Notes: generated by a model not told the origin, from the letters alone. Positions 40,875 to 54,869 are shown, counted from the stretch's first letter. The stretch: DNA of 64,000 nucleotides from Gnetum montanum (GCA_015680685.1 MNCI01000326.1:192414-256413), one strand, 5' to 3'. A program made the numbers and translations.

Positions 40875-41044
40875 CACCATAAGATTTTTTTTGGAATTTT
40901 TAAATTTTTGTAACAAATTTTGCAAACATTATCAACAGGCAAAAATTTTGAGTAAAGGAAATAATTTTAGAAAAGAAATTAATTCTGCGTTAACTTGTGT
41001 ATTGCATATGTGCTGTGTTTTTTATAAAATGTTTATGCTTTCAT

Positions 41045-41250
41045 GTGCTATTTTTAGGCCATTTTGGGCCATTGCTAGTTTTAGGCCGTTTCGGGCCATT
41101 GCTAGTTTTGGGCCATTTCTAGCCGTTGCTAGGTTTAAGCCATTTTGGGCTATTGCTAGTTTTGAGCCATTTCGGGCTATTACTAGTTTTAAGCCATTTT
41201 GGGCAATTGCGTAGCATAGTTTTAGGCTATTTCAGGCTATAGCGTAGCAT
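41045..41250. repeat. Tandem array, 27 bp unit, ~7 copies
   Basis: TTGCTAGTTTTAGGCCRTTTCGGGCCA-like unit; TGCTAG at 41073, 41100, 41127, 41154. Confidence 0.9.
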
Positions 41251-41354
41251 GCCAAAAGAGATGATACGTTAACAAAGAAAAAAGCCATGAATGTGCAAGG
41301 GATGAAAACTAGGCGGGAAGCAATTGGGTTGCTACGGTATGCATAGCTGCTTCT

Positions 41355-44300
41355 TCACCCATCGTGGGTTTTGCCAACACCCTCATCCACATCATTGTCC
41401 CCTGCTTGGAAGGGAAACTCAACACATGTGCTATCATTTTGGCAACCAGCTTGCTGAGCTGATTTTCCCTTCAGATGTTCTATGTGTGCATGAGCATGTG
41501 CTTCATTCTTAGAGGCTATGACCTCTGAGCCCTGATCCATGTCTACGTTACTTATAGCTTGTGCTACTACTTTATCATCATGGATCACCACCTCCCTGCC
41601 TGCATATGGTAGGTGGATTTCCTTATGTATGGGTGAGGAGATAGCCCTAAGTTGTGCTAACCATGATCTCCCCAAGATCAGGTTAAACATAGGCGTTTCC
41701 TCAACCATGATGAACATTGCGTTTGTGGGGAAATGGTTCCTTGCTACGAAGTCTATGTGAACTATGCCTTTCACCAGGACATGCACCCTGTTGAATGACC
41801 TTAGACATGATGTTACTATGGGTTTGATCTGGTTGACCAACCCAACTTATCCACACTAGGAAAGGGGATGACATTCGTGGTAGCCCCATCATCAATGTGT
41901 ACCCTTCAGATCCGATGTTGGCTGACCCGAATTATGATGAAAAGGGGTGTCGTGGTCACCTAACCCCTCTCGGGATCTTTCCTAATGGTTTCATCGCTGA
42001 AAGTCAATTGGGATGGCTCAGGCTCTGCGGGTGCAAGGGGAAGCATGACTAAGTGGATCACTTCCTCTTTTGCTGGCATGTCTTCGTTGATCGAAATTGC
42101 TATCAACATGTAGATCAAAGCTTCACGGTGGGGGAAAGACGTCATGATCAGGTCGTACAGGTTCAGTGTAGTATTTTTCTATTTTAGATCCTGCTTGACC
42201 TAAGTGAGGGCATCCAAAAGGTCTTGGCCACCCTTCTGTTTAGCGCTTTCCTCCTCTTCAATTCATCCAAGAAGATGAATTTCCCGAGGAGGGGCAACTT
42301 CAGATCTATGTTCAAACCCTTTTTGCCAGGGTGGCACAGAATGTATGGTTGTAGCAAAATTTGCCTTTGGTGATGAAGGTGCAGATATAGGGGGTAAAGA
42401 TGTAGGCTTGGGAATAACTTGGGTGGTATTCTCCTTCGACGCCTCACCTGTGAAACACACTTCTCATTTTTTAGGATGAGAAGGTTTTTCAGCTATTTTA
42501 TGCAGGCCATGGACCATCAAAGGAGTCGGCCCCCTAATGATGAAAGGAGCTAATAACATTAATAGGCGAAGTAGCACAGTTTCGCTAATAGGTGACATGT
42601 GGATGGATGCCCATGGAGGGACTCTCAGAACAAATGGCTGTTGAGGGCTTTGATTAGTTTCTTATGGTGCTAGTGCACTACACTGAGGCACACGGACCAC
42701 GAATGGCTACTGGGGTGGCCTAGGATCACTATCAATGTCAATGGCGTTAATGATGTAACCAGCATTGTAGCCATTGAGGGGGTCTATGTAGAAATGCATA
42801 GATTGAATTTCGGGATGTACTGGGTTCCTTTTGTTCAACAACATTTTTCCCTAGTCAATCAATCTCTGGATGTCATCCTGCAATGCCAGACAGTAATCCA
42901 TGATGTGACCACACTATTGGTGGTTGTCACAAAACCTATCCAGCCTAAAACCCTTAGGAACTGGCGGTTCATTGGCTAGGGCAAAAGATGGGTTCCTAAG
43001 GAGCTTGCAATAATATTGATGTCTCATACTTACTTCTTCCAACATTTTCTTGTATTGCATGTGCCCCACTGCCAATAGCTACTTTAGAAGTTCTGAAGGC
43101 TTGAGAGGTAGTGGAGTGTACTTTGAGCAATCTTTAAACTCAAAGTTCAGTATGGGTTGTGCAGATATCTCTGGTGCAGGTACTAGAGGTTGCGGTATGT
43201 TGCCCTACCTGGGAATGGGGTTAGATGTGGGTACGACTAATTTTTTGTTGTTCTTGTTACTATTGTTACTAGGTCTAGGCTTGGCCTCCATTGCCACAGG
43301 GGCCACTATGGTTGTTGGGGCCTTACACTTATCCTTCTTTCTGAAGGTGTTTTTGTAAGAAATGTAGGCCAAGTCTTTTCTCACCTCAGCTACATCCTAT
43401 ATACTCTTAGTCTAAGCGAAGGCTTGACTAAGAGTGCAAGGAGCGAGGTAGTATAATTTAGACTTGATAAAGTCATTCATTGCACCCTTAAAGATGGCTA
43501 GTAGGTGGGCCTTCGCGATGGGCTCACGGATTTTGTTAAGGGTTGTGCTCCAACACTGGATGAATTTCTAGACTGGTTCCAGAGGCTCCTACTTCACGCT
43601 CATCAACTGGTCCACCGTGGATTCCACATTCAAGTTATACTTGAAGCGCATCATGAACTATGTCAAAAGCTCCTCTAGAGTTGAAATGGATGAGCGTGGT
43701 AGCACGTGATACCAATCTAAGGCTTTCTCAGCTAGGGACATAGAAAAGAGACGAATGATCATGTGCATCCATTGTTGCAATAGAAGAGACTCAAATCTAA
43801 AGGTAACTAAATATGCGTTGGGATTTCCCTCCCCATCGTATTTCATGAAGTGTGGGAGATACATCCCTAGGGGTAACGTTAGAGTAGTGATTGAAGAGCT
43901 GATGGGGTCATTTTGGTAAAAGTCCATAACTTGTACCATATTAGACCCAATAGCCTTGAGGCATTTTATTTCCTTAGTGAGGGTTTGGATAAGCTGGAAT
44001 GCTTGATCCAAACCCTGCGATGGTGTGGGTGGTTGGGGAACTGCTGAGGAATCTACCACTTGTGGAATGGCAGGGGTGGCGGCATGACCCATCGATAGTA
44101 TCATTGGGATAGCCCCTACGAGAGGTGCTACATGCACTATCCACCACCCGACAGGTGGTGCTGTTGGAGCAACAACCATGGTTTGAGCCACAGAATAGAC
44201 TGCTTGTGCTGTCAGCAGAACAAACCATAGCCCCATGTTAGGTTGTACCATTTGGAGGGTTTGGTAGGTCTGAGGGTGGAAATAATAAGACATCTACAAC

Positions 44301-45126
44301 AGTTGTGGAATAGGAAAAGAAGTAAATGAGGTCCACCATGTGGATGGACCTAGGCCTACCGCATTGGGTGGAATAGACGTGAGAGTAGGAATCAAAACAA
44401 AAGTTGCGTAAGATTGTGAAGAAGGTACAACATGAACATGCGCAGGGTAGCCGTGATTGGTGCATGATGCGCTACAGGAATATGCTGATGAATAGTTTAC
44501 GGAGGCATAGTCGCTACAAATGAAATAGGAGAATAAGGGCATTGATGCACAGGGAATGTGACATGGCTACCCATTGAGGCTATAGTTGTAGGTTGTGGGA
44601 GCATAGGCGTGATGACAAAGGAAGTAGTGATAGTCAACATATTGGCCTAGAAGGACTAGGTAGGATGGATAGGAATAGGGATGGTTTGACCTCCCTTGTC
44701 ATATTGGGAATCGATTTCCTCTTGTCCATCCTGAAAAGCATCATCTTGGTTAGACATCATGTCTTGTTGCTCCCTAAGCCTAGCCAATTGGATTAACTAG
44801 TCTAGAAGCCTTTGGTTTTTCTGCGTCAAAGGTATGGAAACACCAGGAGTGGGAACAAACTCCTTCCTATCGCAGTAAGCGAACTCGAAGCTATATTTAT
44901 CTTTGCATTCATGTACATCCAAAGGAAGGTTTTCCTGAACCTTTGCATAGAGGAGGCTATAGCGCTCATGTTGCTGGGCCAGGCCCTCAAGTCCTTGATT
45001 TTGGATCTTGAGGGATTGACATGTTTCCAGCATTGGGTTCAATGGTCGTTCGGCACCAGTGATGCCTTGAACTGTTATGGGAACCTCAACATTGAATGTG
45101 TTAGCAACAACAGTTATGGAAGTCAT
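41355..45126 (-). pseudogene. gag: Element E gag-protease remnant
   Basis: Long P/T-rich N-terminus; KYDGEGNPNAYL..RLFSMSLAEKALDWYHVLPRSSISTLEEL; C-x2-H-x4-H-x4-C-like knuckle near 42880-42930; protease IDDGATTNVIP...FNLILGRSWL. Confidence 0.9.
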
Positions 45127-45560
45127 TTCTACTAAGCTAGGAAGTTTTGCAAACTTGAAAAAAGTAAAGAAATTGGAAAGCTAAGAAGTTTTGCAAATGA
45201 GAAAAGCAAAGAAGTTGGCAAGAAATAAAGAGAAGGCTTTATGTCTTGCCGAGTTCTTGAGGAGCTATCGAGGTGACCGATCTATACCACAAGGCACGTA
45301 AACAACCGCAAAAGGGTATCACATTTATGATAGTGCATGATAGGGTATAGAATGCATGAAAGAGTACCATAAGACAGGCAAGTCAGCTAGCAATTGGAGG
45401 CTTTATGTCTTGTAGGGTTCCCAAGGAACTTTCGGGGAAATCGACCTACACTGCATGATGTGTAAACAATCATAGATAGGTTTCAAGTTTATGCTAATGT
45501 GTATCAGGGTGCAGAAGGCTTACAGGACTACCGTGACACGTAGAAAAGCTACAAAAAGGG

Positions 45561-45577
45561 CCCTCCCTCTAGCGCTC
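45561..45577 (-). promoter_or_regulatory. PBS of element E (tRNA-Asn-like)
   Basis: GAGCGCTAGAGGGAGGG vs TGGCGCTAGAAGGAGGG (complement of a plant tRNA-Asn 3' end, from memory), just inside the 5' LTR. Confidence 0.6.
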
Positions 45578-45585
45578 GAAAAACT

Positions 45586-47095
45586 TGTAGTGATCGAAAA
45601 TGTCAGTAGCTGAAAAACACTGAGGGGTTGTCGATCGTTAATAGTCTTGACCCCATCTCTACGGGAGGGCTGTGCTAGATTTGGATGAAAATGGGGTGCC
45701 CTGAATGGTCTAGTCAATTAGATAGGGACTTATTCAGTGTGTATATAACCTTTTGCAACCTGAAATTTGAAAATGAGATTGATAACACAAAGGAATGCTT
45801 AAATGCAAAAGAAATAGAGAACACTGTAAAATGCAATAGTAAATAGGAGATAATGTAAAAATGTAGTTAGAAAAATGCACCACTTCAAAGCTATGGCCTC
45901 GCTCTTTCAAGATGGATACAATCGGTTGCATAGCGTTGAGAAGTACAGAGATCCCAAGAGTAACCGAGATGTGTAGAACGAGATGGTTGTGCGCTTGAAT
46001 GCAGGCTCAGTCATTAACAATGCAAAGTACTACCACGGTGGTAGAAAAGAATAGAATGAAATGAAAACTAAGAATGCTAAGTATTTACAATGTCAAAATA
46101 GGAAGCTTACAATGCTCAAGGTCATAGTGCGAAATTTTGCTTGTCAGTCAACAAAATTATTAGCCAACTAGATTGCTCAAAAAATCACAACCCAAAAGTG
46201 TGAAAAGAGAGCCAGAGTGCTAGGAGCCCTTTGAGTATTATTCATTGAGGTATTTATAGGACCAAGGATGCATGAAAGATGCAGTTTGAATGCCACATGC
46301 CCTGGGCTTATGCTGACCTATCTATGCTGCACGTGCCTACATGACTATTGGGAAAGCCTACCACGCCGTAATTGTGAGCCTACCATACTATAATTACACT
46401 ATTAGAGCAACAGTGTAATTAGGTGAGGTGCATTGATGTGACATAACTACTTTCCATGTTTTTCTATGCTTATTAGCATAGCATGTTTGGCATGGCATAG
46501 CATCTTGGTAGACTGTGCTATGCTACGCAGCGTAGCGTAGCCGTTGGTTTGAAGTAAGAAACTTGCATTGTGTCTTGTTGCATGCACTAGAAACCCTTGA
46601 AGTGTGCTGACTATTTGTTGCATTTTTTCCATGCTATGCTACACTACGTAGCGTATCATAGTGTAGCAACTGGCCTTAGTCACAAAAAATGTCATCAATA
46701 TGCAAACTTTGCCTTTTGCACTACGGGGCTTGCGAACTTGCTATTCCTGCCCTTTGAGATGTCTTCTATCAACTTCTGCAGAATTGCTACGCCTTGCTGC
46801 ACCATGTAGCTTAGCATAGCGTAGCAGCAAACATGACTTGATTTTGGCCAAATTCGCCACTTTCTGATGGAAGGACACATTGTTGAAGGACTTGAAGTCG
46901 GGCGAGGGAATTGATTGTCCAGCTTTTGCCACGCCGTGCTACGCTATGTGGCACAACATAGCGTGGCAATGCTTCTATAAACGTCTTTTGAAGTTTGCTA
47001 ATGTACATGGCCTAGTGTACCATACCAAAGCTCCTTAACTTAGAAAACTTACCGAGGTGAACAATCTAAAGATCAGAGCATCCATCTCCTGAAGA
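45586..47095 (-). repeat. Element E 5' LTR (outer ~70 bp missing)
   Basis: Colinear with 29609-31116; similarity ends at CCATCTCCTGAAGA. Confidence 0.9.
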
Positions 47096-47819
47096 GCTTT
47101 TTGATACACCTTATAGTACTCTAGCTAGATTAAATATTTTCTTTATGTATTTACTGTTTCATGAAATTCCTTTAGTGCTTTAAATAATTATATTAAATTA
47201 AGCTAGATTAAATAGCAATTAATTAAGCACATAAGTATGAACTCTTTGAGCATGTTCATGACACTTGGTAATCCCATTAATACTTAATGTTCTGTAACCT
47301 AGCAGTGTTATGCATGTTTAGGATACGTATCAAAAGTGGGATTTGAGGCTTATGATAGGATTAGTTAGACATTGATTAGTTAGTTAATTAAATTAGCAAT
47401 TAAATTACTTCATTCCTTTCATTCTTTATTTTAAGTACCCAAAACATAAAACATAAAATTAATAAAAATCATATGTCTCAATTACACTTAACCATACCTT
47501 TGCATATCACATGCGTAATTGGAAAGACAATGAATTACTATTAGGATTAGTTTCACTTCCTAAAGGCTAGTGTAGTGGAAGAAAAAGGGTCCATGAAATT
47601 TGTTTAGATTGCACGTGAATGCTTAGTGATTTGTATGGTTCGGCATAGGGGTACTCATTGCTCATCATTGGTGCTATTGTTGGGGACTCTTTTTGTTTGA
47701 ACTGTGTAGTATCTAGGCATAGTGAAAATCATTAACATTGTTGGATGAATCCTAAGGTCAAAATCATCCTAAGAATAAATATAATAATTTGAGAACACTA
47801 ATATCTTATTCTAAATACA

Positions 47820-49100
47820 AAATTTCTTCTTCTCATAGGCACAATGATACTAAACCACCAGTGCCTCAAGAATGTAGGGTGGTATATACTCATCTAGATG
47901 AGTATGTACATGACTTCACCTTCATCCTACATTAAGATGAACAACTACAATGGCAAGATATGAAGGGTAATATTATAATGCCTTATAATTGATCTATGCC
48001 TAAGATGTTATTCCAAAAACTTAGGAGGTTGGGCATCTAGGTTCTTTAAGAAGAGTACATTATGCATGTCCTTGACAACTGGGACTATCATTCCACTAAA
48101 ACATAATGTAGGAGAAAACAATAGTAGAAGAAGAATCATGAGGATTTGAAGGGGAAACAGTTCACCAACACCTTATTCCTAGTGAACCAAAATGACAATG
48201 AGGATCCTCCCTCTTGTGTTTCTCAACATGAAGATTTTCCATCCATTCATATTGGTGATGGAGGCTTAAACTGGAATCTATAGTCAACTATCAACAATCT
48301 AGGTTTAGGCAAAAGTGGAAGTTAAAGCAAGGGCTTGGGCAAGCATCAAGATGACAAGAAAGCTAATGAATGTAACAATAACAAGTGTAGTGGATGTGGT
48401 AGACACTACAGAAATAACAAGCATAATGAAGGTGAATAGTAGGATAATGATAATCATATAGACTACCATGAACAAAGGCATAGTAGACAACATCATAGAT
48501 GTGATCAAAATATTGATGATCATGTGCCTTTTCTAGCAACTTGGAGAATGTTAAATATTGTAGAGGCAGTAAAAGTTTCAAGTGGGCATGTGAAAGATAG
48601 TTGGATCAAGCAACATCAGATGCAAAGGCTAATTGAGTAGGTAGTAAAAGAAGAAGGAGAGCTAAGAAAATGGGAAAGTGTTGAGGAATTTAACAAAGAT
48701 CCTTCCATTAGAAAAGGAAGGTTCAATTTTGTGACCATAAGGAGGAGTCACCACTTAATGAGGTGGTGTAGCAAAAAACCTTGCTAATCCAACAATATAT
48801 TTTCAATATATTGACCAAGTTTAATAAATTATAGGACTCTTTAGAGAAATTTTTTTAAAATTTTTCAAAAATTTGTAGAATAATCAAGAGATTAGAGTAG
48901 TGATCTTGATTATAGAAGGTGGAAAGAAGTTGAACATGCCTACCAAATGGGTAAGGGTAAAGTTGCTATTGTGGAAGAAGCTATGTAGATAAAATTAGAT
49001 GATGATGATGGATGTGACATATACCAATATAAACATCCTAAAGGATGTTGCCATGTCATGTCACAATTATAGGAGTCTGGGGTGCACATGTTGAATCATA
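47820..49100 (+). pseudogene. gag: Element D gag remnant with internal deletion
   Basis: Parallels B 14070-16020 but lacks the segment equivalent to ~15090-15550 (gag core). Confidence 0.65.
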
Positions 49101-49319
49101 ATCCTAGATCATGAAAAAAACATTTCTTTCAAACCAACAACCCAACTAACCCTCACATATAGATACGATTGGAAACCCTACTTCACTATCTTCCTTTGCA
49201 TCTAATCCATTTGTTTCACCTTCAAACCAAACACTTTCTAAAGTGCATGTTGTCATGTTAACTCATGTGGTAACTAATTGGATAAAGGTTGGTCACCTTC
49301 CTAGGAAGCTATTTGATCA

Positions 49320-52300
49320 TGGAAATCCCCTTACTTACCTTCAAATTGCTAGGAATAAGCCTTGCAAGGTTCTTCTAAATTCAAGTTCTAGTATTTATAT
49401 GATTTTTCATGAGTTTTATAAAGCCTAAAATATACCTCCACTTAAGAATAAAAACATGCATCTTGAGTTGGCTAATTAGTCCATCACTATTTGCTTGGGA
49501 CTGGTGGAGGACACTCTGATCATCATTTGTGGGTGGTTCTACCTCATCAATTTCTTGGTAATCCAAGTGGACAATTGCAAGGGGGACTTTCTAGTCATCA
49601 TAGGAATGGCTTGGCTAAGCACTATTGATGTATTATTGGGTATTTTAGATATTTCCCTCAAAAATTATAAAGAAAATGCATTTGGAGAAATTGAGAGGAA
49701 GAAAGTTTCATGCATCACATATAATGATACAAGGTTCAACTATGTGCAGAAACTATGAGTTATTAATAGTGTATCTATCAAAGCATGTAGTTAGTGTGTT
49801 AATATATCTAAAATTGAAAGGTGCCTATACATAGTAGCCACAAAGCAAGAGGGCACCTAGTGGCTAAAAACTAACCATGAGAGTAGCTCACCACTTTACA
49901 TAGAACTTGCTAAGAGCCTAACATGTGCTTACGTGGAAGGCATGAATGAAATGGAGCAAGTTCATCATCAACTCTTCATTGATAAAATTGATGATACTAG
50001 TTGGGGAGAGATGAAAATTCTTTATAATTTTAAGCAAAATCCCCTAGAGTTTAAAACTCTACCTACAGACATGAAGTATGCATTTTTTTAAAAATGGCAA
50101 GCTAGTAATCATCAATGTTAATCTTTCTCCTAAATAGAAATAGATGATGTTGAAGATGGTTAAAAAATGGCCAATAGCCTTTGCTTGGTCATATCCTAAA
50201 CTCACAAGGATTATTTCTAAGATATGCTAGCATCATATATACATTGATCTAGTAATGAAGCTAGAGAGATAGTCGTAGCGATGGTTGAACCCCAAATTAA
50301 AGCAGATCATTAAAGAGGAAATCGAATAACTCTTCAAGGTAAGGTTTATCTATCCTATTGCAAATAGTGATAAGGTTAGCACACTCATGATTATTCCAAA
50401 GAAAGGTGGTAAGTCATAGGTCTGCATCAATTTTTGGCTATTGAATATGGTGACATTCAAATATCACTTTCCCTTGTCATTTGTGGATCAAGTGTTGGAA
50501 ACTATTTTTCAGAATTACTATTATAGCTTCCTAGATATTTATGGTGGCTATAACCAAATCTAGATTGTGCTAGAAGACCAAGCCAAAATCACATTCATGA
50601 ATCATTAGGGGACTTTTGCATATAAAAAAAAATACCATTTTTCCTATGCAAATTCTTCTACAACATTCCAATCCTTAGTCTTGAGCATTTTTTAGTAGTA
50701 GATTGGTGGCAAGATGGAAGTCTTCATGGATGACTTCTACACCTATGGGGCTACATTTGATCAAGCCTTGGACCATCTTGAACAAGTGCTCAAAAGATGT
50801 TCAGAGACCAATCTTCAACTCAATTGGTAGAAGAGCCATTTGATGATCTAGGAGGGCATTGTGTTGGGCCATAGAATCTCATATGTAGGGATTGAGATCT
50901 ATCCTAAAAAGATTAGGGTGATTCAAGAAATTACCCATTAACCAAAAATTGTAAAAGAAGTTTGGTCATTCTTTGGACACACTAGTTACTATCAAAGATT
51001 TGTAGAGAATTTCTCAAAGATCACAAAATCATTGTTCAAGCTAACAAAGAAAGATGTTCCACATTTTTTGACTAAGAAATTTGAAAATGCATTCCAATAG
51101 CTAAAGGAGAAGCTCATAGAAACTTCAATTTTATGAGCACTAGATTGGTCTAGACCATTTTATGTCATAAAAATGCATCAAATTATGCCTTAGTGGTCAT
51201 GCTTATGTAGGTGGACAATCAATAATGTCCTTATTACATCTACTACTAATTCCAAAGCATTGTGGGTTCACAACCAAACTACATCACCATAGAAAAAGAA
51301 TTGATGGTAATGGTGTTTGCCTTGCAGAATTTCAGGTACTATGTACTTGAATATAAGGTGTTCATGCACATGGACCATAGTCCAATTTGCTTCCTAATCA
51401 ATAATCCAATGATGATCCCCCATGTCTTACAATGGCTAGTAATCTTATAGAAATTTGATCTTATGATGATATATTGAAAGAGAAGTGAGAATGTGGTTGC
51501 TGATCACTTCTCTCGATTGAGATGGGACAACAAAGAGAAGGAAAGGCCATTGTCTAATTAGTTTCTTGATGAACTTCTCTTTGTTGGGGCTATAATTGAA
51601 TAATTTTCCATTGAGCCTAAATGGTATAATGACATTCTTAACTATCTTCCCACTCAAGAAATGCCACAAGAGTTATAGAATAGGAAGAAACAATAGTTTC
51701 TTCACTAGGTGAAATGCCTCATGGAGATCAATGAGCACCTTTATAAGATGTGCACCGATGGCCTAGTTCATTAGTGTATCCTTGATGTTGATCAACTATA
51801 TGTTTTCCAAGACACTCATGAGGGTCCTTGTGGGGGGCCACTATGCAAGGAGATGCATGGAAATTAAGATCTTGATGGCAAGATATTACTAGCAAAAACT
51901 CTTAATGGATAATCATTAATTTGTCAACTGTTGTGAACAATGCCAATGCAATGGTGGAATGACTACTCATAAGGAGGATCCTTAGTAGTGGATTCAACCA
52001 CTAGATTACTTTAACATCTAGGGAATTGACTTCATGAGTCCTATCATGCCCATGCCAAATGAAAAGGCATACATCATAGTCACTATTGACTATTATACGA
52101 AATGGGTAGAAGTAGTAGCCATAATTGACTATACATCTTATACTACTCCTTGGTTTGAAGAACAAAATGTTGTAAAATAGGTTTGGTATGCCACGTGAGT
52201 TAACTTTTGATAATGGAATCCACTTTACAGGAACTACCTTTTGGAAGCTCAGGAAATGCTTGGAGGTTGATCATAAATTAAGAACACATTATTATCTCCA

Positions 52301-52860
52301 AGCCAATGGTTAGGTTGAGGTTACAAATAGGGAAATCACTATGATCTTAATGAGAATAGTTAACAAATATAGGAGAGACTAGAGTACAAAACTCAATGAT
52401 GCCCTCTAGGCCTACCACTTCACTTGGAAGCTCCCTATAGGCTACTCTCCCTATGAGTTGATGTACAAAAAATTGCCAATCCTTCCTATTCAATTTCACC
52501 TCTGTACACTTTCAATGGCCTATGGCCTTAACCTTGACTTAAGTCTAGCACTAGAAGAAATATTAATGAATCTCAACCTACTAGAGAGAAATTGATTAGT
52601 AGTCCTATCATCTAACAACTTGCATAAGGCATTTAATAAAAAATGCAATGACCTTAGAATTAGAAATGTCAAATTTCAACTAGGAGATAAGGTTCTCTAC
52701 TGGATGACCACACCTGTGCCATAACAAACCAAGTTCTAAATACTATGGGAAGGTCCTTATATTATTTTCAAAACCTTTCATTCTAGGACCATGTTGATGT
52801 ACAAACGTGAGAGCCTAGACAAAAGAACAACTTGTCAACATGCAACAAATTAAATATTTT
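49320..52860 (+). pseudogene. pol: Element D pol remnant (PR-RT-RH-INT)
   Basis: KVLLNSSSSIYMI; IIPKKGG; FLDIYGGYNQI; VFMDDF; NYITIEKEL; NVVADHFSRL; HEGPCGG; GIDFMSP; WEGPY. Confidence 0.92.
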
Positions 52861-54869
52861 CATAAGTATAAGGTAGCTAGTGGTCACAACACCTTCTTGG
52901 ATGGACAACTACACTTGGTTTCTTAGATATCCTTCTTCCAACATAGTTATGGGGGAGATGGAAATTCATGCTAATCATATAAATGGCTTAGTTTTTTCTA
53001 TTTTTTGTTTTATAGATTTTTATTTTACATTTTGTTGGTTTTACACCCTTTTTGTTTTTCTATTTTTTAATGTTTTATATCATTTTGTTTTTTTTATAAA
53101 CTTAATAATATGTTTTATTTTTCTTGAATATTTTACGATTTCTTGAATATTTTTCTTTATTTCAGTGTGATTTTCTTATTGTGTTCTAACAATAATATGC
53201 CTTATTACCAAAAACGTACAATGTAGTTTACTTGATGTGTGCATGTACTATCTGGTTATTTGATTATTAGTGTTTGGATTTGAGCACTAAATTTTATTAT
53301 TGATAATTAAGACATGATTTCTTTCTCATGAAATAAGTTGTGAGTCCACGTCATCCACCCATCCACAAACTCTATCATGTTTCTAGTTCTAGAAGTATGA
53401 GGTCCATTTTCTTAGCAAACATTTAATGAATTTGTGACCTTGGTAGTTTTTGGACTTGGAAAGGATTCAAGGGTTTGAATAGTGTGTGACTTCAAGAGGA
53501 CTCAATACTCTTTGTTCTTTTCTACTTGATTGGGTACATGAGTGTTTTCATAGGTTTCTTACCATTCTTTGTTGACCAACAATAGGAAGTTGAATAAGTA
53601 TTTGCATGGTATGGTTCCCATTCTAATAATAAGTAAATAAATAAATGATGAAAATGGAAATTCAAAGAACACCCCTTAGAAAAAATAACATACTACGAGC
53701 ACTAGTTATGAGACTTGAAATACATGTTACCCATGCCTAAAGGTCCCATCTAACTAAGGTAATTTCTTACTTCCTACTTCTCGTTTCTTCTTCATAAGGA
53801 ATGATGGTTGTTTTTGGGAGCACTCTTATGTCTCAAGGGGGTAGACTAGTCTTAGAGTGATGATGCAAAGTCTTTGAATGTGGTTGGTTTTAGTCTAGAC
53901 TAAGGATGGATTTTATTAGATCAATTAACCATGAAATTTATGAGGGACTTCATGTGATCTTAATTAGGAAATCCATTCCATTTTCTCTCTCTCATCCATC
54001 TATGATATCCATGCCTCACCTCACTACAAATGTTCATGTTCTTATTTGAATTTTTCTAACTCCCATAAAGGTTTAACTAAGGACTAACACTAACATCATC
54101 AATCCATGAAGTTAGATGCTTTCAATGAACTCTGATAGTTATAGAAATTAAATAGTATTAAAAGAATTAATCCACCATAATCACAACCTACCCAAATGTA
54201 ACTTATAACAAAACAAGGTACCTAAAAGCTATAAGTTAAACATTGCACAGTAATTCATAATTTTGTTGTGATTGCAATGGGAAGCATGGACTAGAAGTAG
54301 GACTATCTTCATCATGGAATAAGTAGCAACACCATTCTTCTACAAATCCCGCTAACCCAAAACCACCAAACAAGAGGAACATCAATTTGGTGGCTCAAGG
54401 ATGATAATGTAGTGAAATGATGCTACCAAAGGTGAAATTGATGTGGGTGAGAGTGAGACCCTATGTGTTTCTATCCTACAAATTCATGGCCATTATTGTT
54501 ATCACAACATTCTTGAATATGGAGTGGGGCATGCCTGGCAATGCCAAAGTAGAAGTTTTGAAGCCCACTAGTGGTGGTGAAGTCAAGACTTAGGCAGGGA
54601 ATCTTGTTTATGAATATGACCTTGCCTTTCCAATTTTGTTATACCCCACACAAAAATCGTATAGCAAATCCTCATCTACTATCCTGCTAGCTTGCAAAAG
54701 CCCTACCACCAACAAGAATAGTGCTATGACATTCTTCATTATTATTTTTGTTGTCTATGGATTTCATTCTAGTTGTGGAATGCTATTGCAAAGGTTTGTG
54801 ATATTATAGTAGAGAGGCTTATGGGGTTGCATCATTGCACAATTGGTGACATGAGTCACATTGTATTAC

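Larger units (their letters stand above)
29609..47095 (-). mobile_element. Tat-group Ty3/gypsy element E (RT-RH-aRH-INT order) with split pol
   Basis: LTRs 45586-~47095 (5', outer end deleted) and 29609-31189 (3', TGAAAC...GCTACA). PBS at 45561-45577, PPT AAAGAGGGGCC at 31192-31202, and an extra archaeal-type RNase H. Confidence 0.92.
29330..54290 (+). mobile_element. Athila-type Ty3/gypsy element D (same family as B; 5' LTR split by element E; no 3' LTR seen)
   Basis: LTR parts 29330-29608 and ~47096-47667 are colinear with the B LTR. PBS TGGTGCTATTGTTGGGGA at 47669-47686. Internal region parallels B to ~54280. Confidence 0.85.

Noticed and set aside
40828-41214. 128-aa ORF with RPFWAIASF repeats
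   Set aside because: Arises from the 27-bp tandem array and an AT-rich 3' region.
32265-41250. CRISPR-like interpretation of the repeat arrays
   Set aside because: Units are contiguous degenerate tandem repeats without unique spacers, there are no cas genes, and the context is a eukaryotic retrotransposon.
54290-54869. Coding-like fragment, apparently continuing at 58420-58690
   Set aside because: May be part of D's 3' accessory ORF, but I found no recognisable motif to support a call.
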